A stretch of 64,000 bases of DNA from Flavobacteriales bacterium. GTDB taxonomy: Bacteria > Bacteroidota > Bacteroidia > Flavobacteriales_F > PHOS-HE28. The stretch covers positions 74,036 through 138,035 of the forward strand of contig JACJZI010000005.1 of the NCBI GenBank assembly GCA_020635655.1, in the 5' to 3' direction. The notes under the pieces are model-generated. The model worked only from the letters and a program-made list of their open reading frames with translations. It did not search any database and was not told where the DNA came from. Position 1 is the first letter of the stretch. Every line of letters starts with the position of its first letter. The position numbers were made by a program, and so were the translations under genes. Below, one piece after another: positions 27,393-36,300 of this stretch.

Positions 27393-29126
27393 CTATCGGG
27401 CACCGGAAGGCGTGTTGTCCTTGGAAACCTCAGCATGGCCATCGATACCCATGGCGTGCAGGACCCACGATAGGACCACCACGATCGCAGGGGCGATCAG
27501 ATTGTACCAGAGGAAGGCGATCGGCCCCATGTGGCCCGTTCGTTCAAGTACGAACAGGAGCACGATCGTCATTTCCGCCGCGATCGCAGCGATGAACACC
27601 GCGTTCCCCTTCACATGCTTCAGGAAGAAGGCGACCAGGAAAATGCCCAATATGGTGCCATAGAAGAGCGACCCCACGATGTTCACCGCCTGGATGAGGT
27701 TGCCGAAATAGCTTGCCAGGGTGGCGAATCCCATGGCAAGCACCCCATAGAGCACGGTGGCCCAGCGGGTGGCCAGCACCGCCTGGGCATCCGTCCAGGA
27801 ATGCCGCACCACGTCAACGGTGGTCGTCGTGGCCAGCGCGTTCAGCTCGGCGCTCATGGTGCTCATGGCGGCGCTGAACATCACCGCCAGCAGCAGGCCG
27901 ACGACACCCACCGGCAGGTTGCGCATGATGAAGGTGATGAAGATGTGGTCGTCATCGCGTGACTCGGCCTCGGGAGCCACCTGTTGCAGCAGCATCTTGG
28001 CCCGTGTCCGTTCAGCGCGGTCCTCCTGCAGGGCACCGGACAGCTCCTCACGGGCCGCGGTGATCGCATCGGGATCGTTGTTCCGGAACGCGTGCAACAG
28101 CTCCGTGCTGCGCGTCTCGATCAAGGCCTCCGTGGTGGCGTGATCACCATCCAACACGGCCATTTCCTGTGGCGCTTTTTCATGCAGCAGGTCGAGGTTG
28201 CGTGCGTTCCAATGCAGCGGCGCGGGGTGGATGAGGTAGAACACGAAGACCAGGACACCGGTCAGCAGCACCGTGAACTGGAGCGGCACCTTCATCAGTC
28301 CGGTGAACATCATGCCCAGGCGGGCCTCGCGCACGGTACGACCGCTGAGGTAGCGCCCGACCTGGCTCTGGTCGGTGCCGAAATAGGAAAGTTGCAGGAA
28401 GAACCCGCCCAATAGGCCGGTCCAAAGTGTGTAGCGGTCGTTCGCATTGAAGTCGGTGCGGATGATGTCCATCCGACCGGTCGCACCGGCGAGCCTCAGG
28501 CTCTCGACGAAGGTCATGCGCTCACCCAGGCAGTGCACGACCAGTCCCAGGGCCAGGAACATGCCCAGGAAGATCACGCTCATCTGGATGGTCTGCGTGG
28601 CGCTCACCGCCCGTGCGCCGCCCACGGTGGTGTATAGGATCACCAGGCCGGTGATGAGGAACGTGGATGTGAAGCTCCAGCCCAGGACCTTGCTCAGGAT
28701 GATCGACGGGGCGTAGATCGTGATACCCGCGGCCATGCTGCGCTGGATGAGGAAGAGGATCGCCGTGAACAGGCGCATGCGCCGGTCGAAACGCCTGCCG
28801 ATGAACTCGTACGCGGTATACACCTTCCACTTGTAATAGAGGGGGATGAACACGGCGCTGATCACCACCATGGCCAGGGGCAGGCCGAAGTAGAACTGCA
28901 CGAAGCGCATGCCGTCCAGGAAGCCCTGACCGGGCGTGCTCAGGAAGGTGACCGCGCTGAGCTGCGTAGCCATCACGCCGAAGCCCACGGCCCACCAGCG
29001 ATCGGCATTCCCCCCGCGCAGATAGCCCTCCCGCGTGCGTGTGCGGCGCGTGTGCCAAGTGCCGTAGCCGACGATCGCCAGCAATGTGCCGGCCATCACG
29101 ATCCAATCCACAGTGGAGAGGCCCAT
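27393..29126 (-). CDS. Sodium:solute symporter family (SSS) transporter
   Basis: About 13-14 TM helices, with the N-terminal YLRGGN..WWAVGFGVMATQLSAVTFLSTPG signature. Confidence 0.88.
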   Translation of the reverse strand: MGLSTVDWIVMAGTLLAIVGYGTWHTRRTRTREGYLRGGNADRWWAVGFGVMATQLSAVTFLSTPGQGFLDGMRFVQFYFGLPLAMVVISAVFIPLYYKWKVYTAYEFIGRRFDRRMRLFTAILFLIQRSMAAGITIYAPSIILSKVLGWSFTSTFLITGLVILYTTVGGARAVSATQTIQMSVIFLGMFLALGLVVHCLGERMTFVESLRLAGATGRMDIIRTDFNANDRYTLWTGLLGGFFLQLSYFGTDQSQVGRYLSGRTVREARLGMMFTGLMKVPLQFTVLLTGVLVFVFYLIHPAPLHWNARNLDLLHEKAPQEMAVLDGDHATTEALIETRSTELLHAFRNNDPDAITAAREELSGALQEDRAERTRAKMLLQQVAPEAESRDDDHIFITFIMRNLPVGVVGLLLAVMFSAAMSTMSAELNALATTTTVDVVRHSWTDAQAVLATRWATVLYGVLAMGFATLASYFGNLIQAVNIVGSLFYGTILGIFLVAFFLKHVKGNAVFIAAIAAEMTIVLLFVLERTGHMGPIAFLWYNLIAPAIVVVLSWVLHAMGIDGHAEVSKDNTPSGAR

Positions 29127-29151
29127 CAGCGGGTCGAAGGTGTTGCTCCCG

Positions 29152-29265
29152 TCATCGGAGATATCCGGTCAGCAAGTACATCAACGCGATCTCCACGATC
29201 AGTACGGCGATCACCAGGGCGTGGAGGTTGCGCCAGGAACCGAGGATCGGGGGGCGATCGTTCAT
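29152..29265 (-). CDS. Possible 37-aa single-TM micro-protein (MNDRPPILGSWRNLHALVIAVLIVEIALMYLLTGYLR)
   Basis: Not in the ORF track because it is under 60 aa. Its ATG overlaps the TGA of the upstream deacetylase gene (ATGA). It has high GC3 and one hydrophobic helix, and it ends 25 nt before the symporter start. Confidence 0.35.
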   Translation of the reverse strand: MNDRPPILGSWRNLHALVIAVLIVEIALMYLLTGYLR

Positions 29266-31823
29266 GGCGCCGGCTTGGAGATCAGGTTCGCGAACAATCG
29301 GAACGCTCCGGGTACACCGGCCGGTAGTTCCCGGAAGAAACTGATGCCGGTGTACACATAACGGCCCTTGCCATAGGCGCAGGTGATCAGCGCCCCCTTC
29401 AGCGGGTCCTCACCCGGGTCGTTCCAGGCGATCAGCGGCGTGTAATGCGCATCCATTTCCCGCACGAAGTACAGTCCGCGTTCCTGTACCCAGCCGTCGA
29501 AGTCGGTCGCGGTGATCACGTTCGGGTATTTCAGCAAGGGGTTGTCGCGCTGCAGGAAGGTCGGCGGCGCCTCCTCCACGGTCACGCGGTCGTGCGTCAC
29601 GTGGAACGGGTAGGGGCCGAAGAGCGAGTCGGGCAGCACCATGTCGCGGCTGAGGGTGTTGTACTGGGAGACCAGCGTGCCACCGTTCTCCACGTACCGC
29701 ATCAGCATGGGGTTCAGGTCCTTCATCGCGGGGTTGGCGTTGTAGGCACGGATCCCCGTCACGATCGCGTCGTACTTCGCCAGGCTTTCCACGGTGGCGG
29801 TCGCCGGATCGATCATCTCCACCTGCACGCCGAGCTGTTCGATGGCCTTGGGCACATCATCACCCGCGCCCATCACGTAGCCGACGGTCCTTGCCGTGCA
29901 CTTCACATCAAGTGGCACCAGCTTCACCTCGGCGGGTGTGTAGTAGACCTGGGGCATGATGTGCGGATAGGCGATCTCGTGCAGCGTGCGATCGGAGTTC
30001 CCTTTGGCTCCGGTGAACGTGAAGTGGACCGCACCCGCCTGGGCATCCTTCATGGGCACCAGTTGGTAGGTGAACGTCTGCTTTTCTTCGCGCTTGTCGA
30101 TGTGCACCAGCTTCAGGTCCTTGGTGGTGGCCCAGCCCTTGGGCAAGTCCACGTTCAGTTGACCGGTCAGGCTGTCGGAGAGGGCCTGTACGTCCACGGT
30201 GACGGTCTGCGGTCCGCCGCGCGCGATCACGATATCCGTCCTGGGGATCACGGAGGCCACGGGCGTCACGTAGACCGGGCGGATGCGCTCCCCATTGACC
30301 CGATCGACGAATCGATAGGCGGCGTGAACGGTAAAGTAGTGGCCCTTCCCTGGAACAGACCCTGGATCCTCAAAGGCGCTCTTATCCCCCAATTCAAGAC
30401 CATAGGTAAGCAACGGAGGAAGTTCCGGTCGGCCGATCGCGCCTGGGTCCGGTATGTCATAGCGATCGGTGTGTGAGCGCGCCAGCCAGTAGGGCCGATC
30501 GTATATATCCGGGATCGGCACATCGATCGGCGTGTCGGTCAGCGATCCCTGTCCCAACTCCACGACGAACGGGACATCCCCCGGTCGGGCCAGGGGATGT
30601 CCCGCGTCCCCTCCGCTGATGAGCACATCGGGTGCGTTACGACCGATGGCCTCCAAGTGCAGTTCGGTCCGACCGCCCTGCGCTACCCACGGCGTTCCGC
30701 CCACCAAATGGAACATGATACCCGCACATTGTTGCCAGATTTCGTCGGCAAGGTGTCCCATGTAGGAGCACCACGGAAGGTCGGCAAGTTCGATGCGGTG
30801 ACCATCAATGGCTTGAGAGAATGTGGCCAGGGCGTCCAGGCTTCTTTCCGGTCGGCGCGGATCAAAGGCGTCGATCAATTGCTCGGCATCAAGGGCAAGG
30901 CTCGCGTGGTCACCGATGCGCCCCCACGTCATATCGATCCCCGCGAAGATGTCATCGCCCTGGGGCTTGTCACCTTTTTCGAAATGGAGGTACTCGATGC
31001 TCGGTCCCAGGGTGGCCGCCGAGCCGAAGCCCTGGCTCTTGTGCATGCTGCGGCTGCGCGCGGCGATCTCGGTGTAGCTCTCGCCCAGCAACGGATCGTA
31101 TCCACCCACGTCCACCGTGTACCAGTCGGGATCGTTCTTCGCGATGTCGGCCAGGTCCTTGCGCCACCACGTGCTGCCATTGAAGAAGAGGCGGCGTGGC
31201 TGCCAGACCTGCAGTCCCTGCTCCAACTGTTCCGGGAAGGCCTTGGGGTCTCCGGCCAGATCGTAGGCTTCAGCGGCCAGGATCGCGCTGGCCTCGTGCG
31301 CGCCGTGACCGGCTTCGCGCGTCGGTGGGAAGCGGGTGATGATGATGTCCGGCCGGAACGTGCGGATCACACGCACCACGTCGCTCAGGACCTCGTCGTG
31401 CCCCCACTTCTCGAAGCACTCCTTCGCGTTCTTGCTGAAGCCGAAGTCCACCGCGCGGGTGAAGAACTGTTCGCCGCCATCAATGCGGCGCGCCTCCAGC
31501 AGTTCCTGCGTGCGGATAATGCCGAGCGCATCGCCCAGCTCCGGTCCGAGCAGGTCCTGTCCGCCTTCGCCCCGTGTCAGGCTGAGGTATCCCGTGCGGA
31601 CCATCTTCCCGTTCGCCAGCCAGGCGATCAGACGCGTGTTCTCGTCATCGGGGTGTGCGGCGATGTACAGCACGCTGCCCAGTACCTCCAGCTTCTCCAT
31701 CTCGTGGAGGATGTGCGCGGCATCGGGCTGGTCCGGAGGACGCTGAGGGAAAGCTGAAAGCTGAAATAGGAAATGTGGAAAGAACAGCGCGAAGATCCGC
31801 GCGCGACCGGTAGGGAGGTGCAT
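29262..31823 (-). CDS. Large PIG-L/LmbE-family deacetylase with a C-terminal GATase1/ThuA-like domain
   Basis: Signal-like N-terminus; VLYIAAHPDDENTRLIAWL and LSLTRGEGGQD (LmbE motifs). The C-terminal YDAIVTGIRAYN...NGGTLVSQYN resembles class-I glutamine-amidotransferase-like folds. Start set at the ATG at 31823. Confidence 0.83.
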   Translation of the reverse strand: MHLPTGRARIFALFFPHFLFQLSAFPQRPPDQPDAAHILHEMEKLEVLGSVLYIAAHPDDENTRLIAWLANGKMVRTGYLSLTRGEGGQDLLGPELGDALGIIRTQELLEARRIDGGEQFFTRAVDFGFSKNAKECFEKWGHDEVLSDVVRVIRTFRPDIIITRFPPTREAGHGAHEASAILAAEAYDLAGDPKAFPEQLEQGLQVWQPRRLFFNGSTWWRKDLADIAKNDPDWYTVDVGGYDPLLGESYTEIAARSRSMHKSQGFGSAATLGPSIEYLHFEKGDKPQGDDIFAGIDMTWGRIGDHASLALDAEQLIDAFDPRRPERSLDALATFSQAIDGHRIELADLPWCSYMGHLADEIWQQCAGIMFHLVGGTPWVAQGGRTELHLEAIGRNAPDVLISGGDAGHPLARPGDVPFVVELGQGSLTDTPIDVPIPDIYDRPYWLARSHTDRYDIPDPGAIGRPELPPLLTYGLELGDKSAFEDPGSVPGKGHYFTVHAAYRFVDRVNGERIRPVYVTPVASVIPRTDIVIARGGPQTVTVDVQALSDSLTGQLNVDLPKGWATTKDLKLVHIDKREEKQTFTYQLVPMKDAQAGAVHFTFTGAKGNSDRTLHEIAYPHIMPQVYYTPAEVKLVPLDVKCTARTVGYVMGAGDDVPKAIEQLGVQVEMIDPATATVESLAKYDAIVTGIRAYNANPAMKDLNPMLMRYVENGGTLVSQYNTLSRDMVLPDSLFGPYPFHVTHDRVTVEEAPPTFLQRDNPLLKYPNVITATDFDGWVQERGLYFVREMDAHYTPLIAWNDPGEDPLKGALITCAYGKGRYVYTGISFFRELPAGVPGAFRLFANLISKPAP
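31747..31784. repeat. Purine-rich heptad repeat arm (GGGAAAGCTGAAAGCTGAAATAGGAAATGTGGAAAGAA), the inverted partner of 31951-31992
   Basis: Read directly. 31748-31760 is the perfect reverse complement of 31966-31978. It lies inside the signal-peptide codons of the deacetylase gene. Confidence 0.6.
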
Positions 31824-31950
31824 GTGCCGAAGGTAGCCCGGAGCGCATGGCCCAGCCTCCCCGACGAAACTGGCTTGCTCAGGATCCAGGTTTTGCGGGA
31901 GTGGTGAGTAGCGAATGGCGAGTGATGAGCGACGATCGCGACGGCGCATC

Positions 31951-31992
31951 TATTTCACCTTTCACCTTTCAGCTTTCCACTTTCATCTTTCC
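31951..31992. repeat. Pyrimidine-rich heptad repeat arm (TATTTCACCTTTCACCTTTCAGCTTTCCACTTTCATCTTTCC)
   Basis: Six consecutive approximate 7-nt units (CTTTCAn), intergenic between the LytTR gene stop and the deacetylase gene. Confidence 0.6.
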
Positions 31993-31993
31993 T

Positions 31994-32770
31994 CTACACG
32001 CTCTGCTCCTCCAAGGCCTTTGCTATTGTCTCCTTGTAGCTGCGGCCGCTCACGATGCGTTCGCCGTTCGCCATGGTGAAGATGAACTCGTTGTTGCCGC
32101 TGTAGCGCGTGTTGCGCACGTGCGCCTGGTTCACGATGTAGCTGCGATGGATGCGCAGGAAGCGCGATGGGTCCAGCTCGGACTCCACGGCGTTCATGGT
32201 CATGCGGTAGAGGTGGTGCTTCTCCTTCTGCTGCAGGCAGAGGTAGTTCCCCTCCGCCCGGAGATAGACGATGTCGTCCACATGCACCTTGTGCTCCCTC
32301 CCCTTGTCGCGGATGGTGAACACCTCCGTGTATTCACTTTGCGCTTGCATGTGTTCCCGGAACAGGCCCATCAGCTTGTCGGTGAGCTTGCTGTTCACGT
32401 TCATCTCCATGAACTTCTTGGCCTTGCCGAGAGAGGAGAAGAACCGTTCGTCGTCGTAGGGCTTCAACAGATAGTCCACGGCGTTCACGTCGAAGGCCTT
32501 CAGGGCGTACTGGTCATGGGCTGTGACGAACACGATGAAGGGCATGCGCTCGCGGGGGATGCGCTGCACCACTTCGAAGCCGTTCATGTGCGGCATCTGC
32601 ACGTCGAGGAACAGCAGGTCGGGCCGATGCTTGGTGACGGCCTCGACGGCTTCCTGGCCATTGCGGCACTCCCCGACGAGCTCGATCTCGGGGTCCTGGT
32701 CCAGCAGACGTGCGATACGACCGCGGGCAATGGGCTCGTCATCGACGATGATCGTGCGGATCTGTTTCAT
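31994..32770 (-). CDS. LytTR-family two-component response regulator
   Basis: Receiver domain IIVDDEP...DLLFLDVQMP, YLLKP, and a C-terminal LytTR domain (YLRAEGNY..L......Y.....M..VE..L....FLRIHRSYIVN). Start at MKQIRT. Confidence 0.9.
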   Translation of the reverse strand: MKQIRTIIVDDEPIARGRIARLLDQDPEIELVGECRNGQEAVEAVTKHRPDLLFLDVQMPHMNGFEVVQRIPRERMPFIVFVTAHDQYALKAFDVNAVDYLLKPYDDERFFSSLGKAKKFMEMNVNSKLTDKLMGLFREHMQAQSEYTEVFTIRDKGREHKVHVDDIVYLRAEGNYLCLQQKEKHHLYRMTMNAVESELDPSRFLRIHRSYIVNQAHVRNTRYSGNNEFIFTMANGERIVSGRSYKETIAKALEEQSV

Positions 32771-33911
32771 GACCGTTGTCTTTGGATCGATAGGGGAGGG
32801 TGAGGTCGACGATGAACCCTTGGCCACCCGGGGAGGCGACCTCCATGGCCGCATCCGGGCCGTAGATCAGGCGCAGGCGTTCCCGCACGTTGCGCAGGCC
32901 GATCCCGGTGCCGTTCACGGCCTTCTGGATGTCCGCGCAACCTCGTCCGTTGTCGCGCACGCGCAGGTGCAGGTGACCGTTGTTCCGGTGCGCCTCCACG
33001 GCGATGTCCACGGCACTGCTGGTGCTGCCCGGGCCGTGCTTGATCGCGTTCTCCACCAGGGGTTGCAGCATCATGCTCGGCACCATGGCCTGGGAACAAT
33101 CCTCCGGGATGGCATAGGTCACCTGCAGCCTGTCGTGGAACCGGACCGCTTCGATGCCGAGGTAGTTCCCGATCAGGTCGATCTCGCGTTGCAACGGAAC
33201 ACGGTCGCGCTGTTCCTTGTCCAGGGTGATCCGAAGCAACTGCCCCAAGCGCGCGAGCACCCTGCGCGCGTCGTTCACGTTCTCATCCATCAGGGCACTG
33301 ACCGTGTTGAGCGTATTGAAAAGGAAGTGGGGTTGCAGTTGCTTCTTGAGCGCATTCAGTTGTGACCGTTGCAGATCGTTGCGCAGGGCCATCAGCTGGG
33401 TCTGCTTTTCGCGCATCATCCGGGCGTTGTCCAAGGCGATCAGCACGATCATCAGGGTCCAGTACTCCATGAACCGCGACAGGATGGCGGGAGGCAGGGC
33501 ATGGACCGCCCAATTGATGTATTCCGCTTCGAGCTTGAAGTCGCCGATCCGATACAGGATGGCATAGTAGATCGCGCTGGTCGTGGCCTCATGCACCGAG
33601 GCGATCGCCAGGCTGAGGCCCAGATGAACGGCGATCGTGCGCCATAGGGGGCGTTCGTTCAGGGGCCACCGGATCAGGATGCTGTAGACCAGAGGAGCCA
33701 ACAGCGCCCAGAACAGGAAGTTGAGATAGGGCACGGGGGCCTCCCGCCACCAGTTGAACTCGCCCATTGCCTTGAGCTCGGCGTACACGTAATGGTGCAT
33801 GTAGGCCTGAAGCAGGAACAGGCTCGCCATGACCAATGCGCTGATGAGGATGATCCGGTAGCGGATCGGGGTGCGGTCGAAGTACCTCATGCGTCCTGCC
33901 TGTTCTTTCAT
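32739..33911 (-). CDS. LytS-type sensor histidine kinase (His_kinase + HATPase_c), multi-TM N-terminus
   Basis: LQPHFLFNTLNTVSALM (His_kinase box), LQPLVENAIKHG, DNGRG and GIGLRNVRERL. Overlaps the regulator start by 32 nt. Confidence 0.88.
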   Translation of the reverse strand: MKEQAGRMRYFDRTPIRYRIILISALVMASLFLLQAYMHHYVYAELKAMGEFNWWREAPVPYLNFLFWALLAPLVYSILIRWPLNERPLWRTIAVHLGLSLAIASVHEATTSAIYYAILYRIGDFKLEAEYINWAVHALPPAILSRFMEYWTLMIVLIALDNARMMREKQTQLMALRNDLQRSQLNALKKQLQPHFLFNTLNTVSALMDENVNDARRVLARLGQLLRITLDKEQRDRVPLQREIDLIGNYLGIEAVRFHDRLQVTYAIPEDCSQAMVPSMMLQPLVENAIKHGPGSTSSAVDIAVEAHRNNGHLHLRVRDNGRGCADIQKAVNGTGIGLRNVRERLRLIYGPDAAMEVASPGGQGFIVDLTLPYRSKDNGHETDPHDHRR

Positions 33912-34112
33912 GGAACAGCCCCGTACGCAACGGGGCTGCCCAGGCCGATCGACGTTGTTGCGCTATGTAACCTTAGGTGGTCTGGAAATGAAGGTCCGAT
34001 CGACCGAAGGCCAAGCTATCCTCTTGGGGCCTGCCCCTGCAAATGGAACGTGATGAACGGCTGCCCGTGGGACGGAACGGTCGGAACAGGGAGGCATGTG
34101 GCGGGAAGGACA

Positions 34113-34136
34113 AAGGCCCGCCGATCGGCGGGCCTT
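34113..34136 (-). terminator. Putative terminator downstream of the lipoprotein gene
   Basis: AAGGCCCGCC-GATC-GGCGGGCCTT, a perfect 10-bp stem 21 nt after the stop at 34158. The U-tract is weak. Confidence 0.5.
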
Positions 34137-34157
34137 CGCTGAAATGGTCCCCCGGGT

Positions 34158-34949
34158 TCAGCCGAAGTAATAGGTCGTTCCGTTCACGGTGACGGACACC
34201 GACGCATCGCATGACCCGCTGCCGAAATCGACATAGCGGGTGGGTAGTCCGGAGGGCGTGATCTCCAATTTCCCGCTGACGATGTACGGGCAGCCGATCT
34301 CGATGCGCAGGGCGGTGGTGATCTGCAACGTATAGGCCAGTCCATGGCGGTTCACGCCGTTCCCTGAACCGGTGATCAGGTAGACGTCGTCCCAGGGCGT
34401 CGCGGTATCCTCGCCGGCGATCCAGGTGCGCGTGCGCGTGGCGTGGTGCTCCGCCGTCCAACTTCCGTCCGGTGCGGTGACGGTGCCGTCCACCTGCACG
34501 GTGAAGTAGATGTCCCCATCGCTGTTCGGCCCCATGTTCGTCACCGTCTTCGTTCCCTGGATGAAATAGTCGTTCACATGGTAGTCGATCGGGGTGATGG
34601 TGATCTCCGTACCCACGGCGCGATATGGTCCGGTGAACGTCACGAGCAGGGCGCCCCGGCGCTGTCGGCCATCGGAACCGGTACAGTTCACCGTCCCGAA
34701 GTCGATGTACAGGGTATGCGGCATGACCGTGGTGTCGATGGCGATCGAATCGATGCAACCGTCCAGAGCGTCACGCAGGCCATTGTCACTGGCGGCCAGG
34801 TCCGCCTGTTTGAGCGCGTCGTTGAAGAAGTTCTCGGCCAGGTTGTCATCCACCGCGCTGGTATAGTCGCGATCGACCGCGTCGTGCTCCTTCCTGCAGG
34901 CAATGATGGTCAGGAGGGCGGTGGCCAAAAAAAGGGTCTTGCGCATCAT
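34158..34949 (-). CDS. Hypothetical lipoprotein
   Basis: Signal peptide with lipobox TIIAC. High GC3. I recognise no domain. Confidence 0.6.
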   Translation of the reverse strand: MMRKTLFLATALLTIIACRKEHDAVDRDYTSAVDDNLAENFFNDALKQADLAASDNGLRDALDGCIDSIAIDTTVMPHTLYIDFGTVNCTGSDGRQRRGALLVTFTGPYRAVGTEITITPIDYHVNDYFIQGTKTVTNMGPNSDGDIYFTVQVDGTVTAPDGSWTAEHHATRTRTWIAGEDTATPWDDVYLITGSGNGVNRHGLAYTLQITTALRIEIGCPYIVSGKLEITPSGLPTRYVDFGSGSCDASVSVTVNGTTYYFG

Positions 34950-34969
34950 CCTTGTCGGGTTTGGTGTGA

Positions 34970-35509
34970 TTAGGACGTCACCCAGGTGTCCGGGTTTGAT
35001 CCCTTGATACGCTCATAACGGTGGAATGTGAAGGAATATGCGTGGCGATCATCCGCAGGGTGGACCTCGCTCCAGGCATCCTCCCACGCATCCTCTTGGA
35101 TATCAGGGAAATACACATCCCCGTCCACCTCACCATGCACGATGGTCAGGTAGATCCGGTCCACGACACCCAATCGGGACGCTTCGGCATAGATCTGCCC
35201 GCCGCCGATGATGAACGCCTCGGTCTCTCCAGTGTCTCGCGCCAACTGAAGGGCTTCCTCCAGGGAATGGACCACGAGCGCTCCCGGGGCCTGGTAGGCG
35301 CGCTCCCGGGTCACCACCACGTTCGTTCGTCCAGCCAGGGGTCGGAACCGGTCGGGAATGCTCTCGTAGTTCCTTCTGCCGGTGATCACATGGTGGCCCG
35401 TGGTCATGCGTTGAAAGAACTTCATATCGTCCGGCAGGCGCCATGGCAGGTCGCCGTCCACGCCGATCACGCCGTTCTCGGCCATCGCCGCGATCACGCT
35501 CACGATCAT
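34970..35509 (-). CDS. folA: Dihydrofolate reductase
   Basis: [19 protein letters not shown]...F...[19 protein letters not shown] and FIIGGGQIY. Confidence 0.92.
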   Translation of the reverse strand: MIVSVIAAMAENGVIGVDGDLPWRLPDDMKFFQRMTTGHHVITGRRNYESIPDRFRPLAGRTNVVVTRERAYQAPGALVVHSLEEALQLARDTGETEAFIIGGGQIYAEASRLGVVDRIYLTIVHGEVDGDVYFPDIQEDAWEDAWSEVHPADDRHAYSFTFHRYERIKGSNPDTWVTS

Positions 35510-36300
35510 ACGCTCACGGTGGCTTTGATGTGCGGATGCGGGTCGTAGTCCTCAAGCGTGAAGTGCTCGAAGCGGAATTGGAAGATGTCCTTCACCGCGG
35601 GGTCGATGCGCATCCGGGGCAGGGGGCGTGGCTCGCGGGTGAGCTGCAGCTTCGCTTGTTCCAAATGGTCCACGTACAGATGCACATCGCCGAACGTGTG
35701 CACGAACTCGCCCGGCCCCAGGTCGCACACTTGGGCCATCATGAGCGTGAGCAGGGCGTAGCTGGCGATGTTGAACGGCACGCCGAGGAAGGTGTCCGCA
35801 CTGCGTTGATAGAGCTGGCAGCTCAGTTTGCCTTCGGCCACATGGAATTGGAACATGGTATGGCACGGCGGCAGCGCCATGCGGTCCACGTCGGCGGGGT
35901 TCCAGGCCGTGACGATGTGCCGACGGCTGTCGGGGTTGCGTTCGATCTGCTCCACCACGTTGGCGATCTGGTCGATCACGCGGCCGTCCGGCGCGTGCCA
36001 GCTGCGCCACTGGTAACCGTACACGGGGCCCAGGTCGCCGTTGGCGTCGGCCCAATCGTCCCAGATACGGACGCCGTTCTCCTTCAAGTACCGGATGTTC
36101 GTATCGCCACTGAGGAACCAGAGCAGTTCGTGGATGATGCTCTTGACATGGAGCTTCTTGGTGGTGAGCAACGGAAAGCCCTGGGCGAGGTCGAACCGCA
36201 TCTGGTGGCCGAAGCAGCTGAGCGTGCCCGTGCCTGTGCGGTCCTGCTTCGGGACGCCATGGTCCAGGATGTGCTGCAGCAGATCGAGATAGGCTTTCAT
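35506..36300 (-). CDS. thyA: Thymidylate synthase
   Basis: [40 protein letters not shown] and DVHLY. Only the last 264 codons of the 624-aa ORF belong to it. Confidence 0.95.
   Translation of the reverse strand: MKAYLDLLQHILDHGVPKQDRTGTGTLSCFGHQMRFDLAQGFPLLTTKKLHVKSIIHELLWFLSGDTNIRYLKENGVRIWDDWADANGDLGPVYGYQWRSWHAPDGRVIDQIANVVEQIERNPDSRRHIVTAWNPADVDRMALPPCHTMFQFHVAEGKLSCQLYQRSADTFLGVPFNIASYALLTLMMAQVCDLGPGEFVHTFGDVHLYVDHLEQAKLQLTREPRPLPRMRIDPAVKDIFQFRFEHFTLEDYDPHPHIKATVSV

Noticed and set aside
33912-34112. Possible small RNA or ORF in the 245-nt spacer between the lipoprotein gene and the histidine kinase, including the hairpin CAGCCCCG-TACGCAA-CGGGGCTG at 33916-33938
   Set aside because: There is only one modest hairpin abutting the kinase start codon. 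The 60-aa ORF (33871-34053) has no coding-like features. That is not enough evidence for a separate feature.
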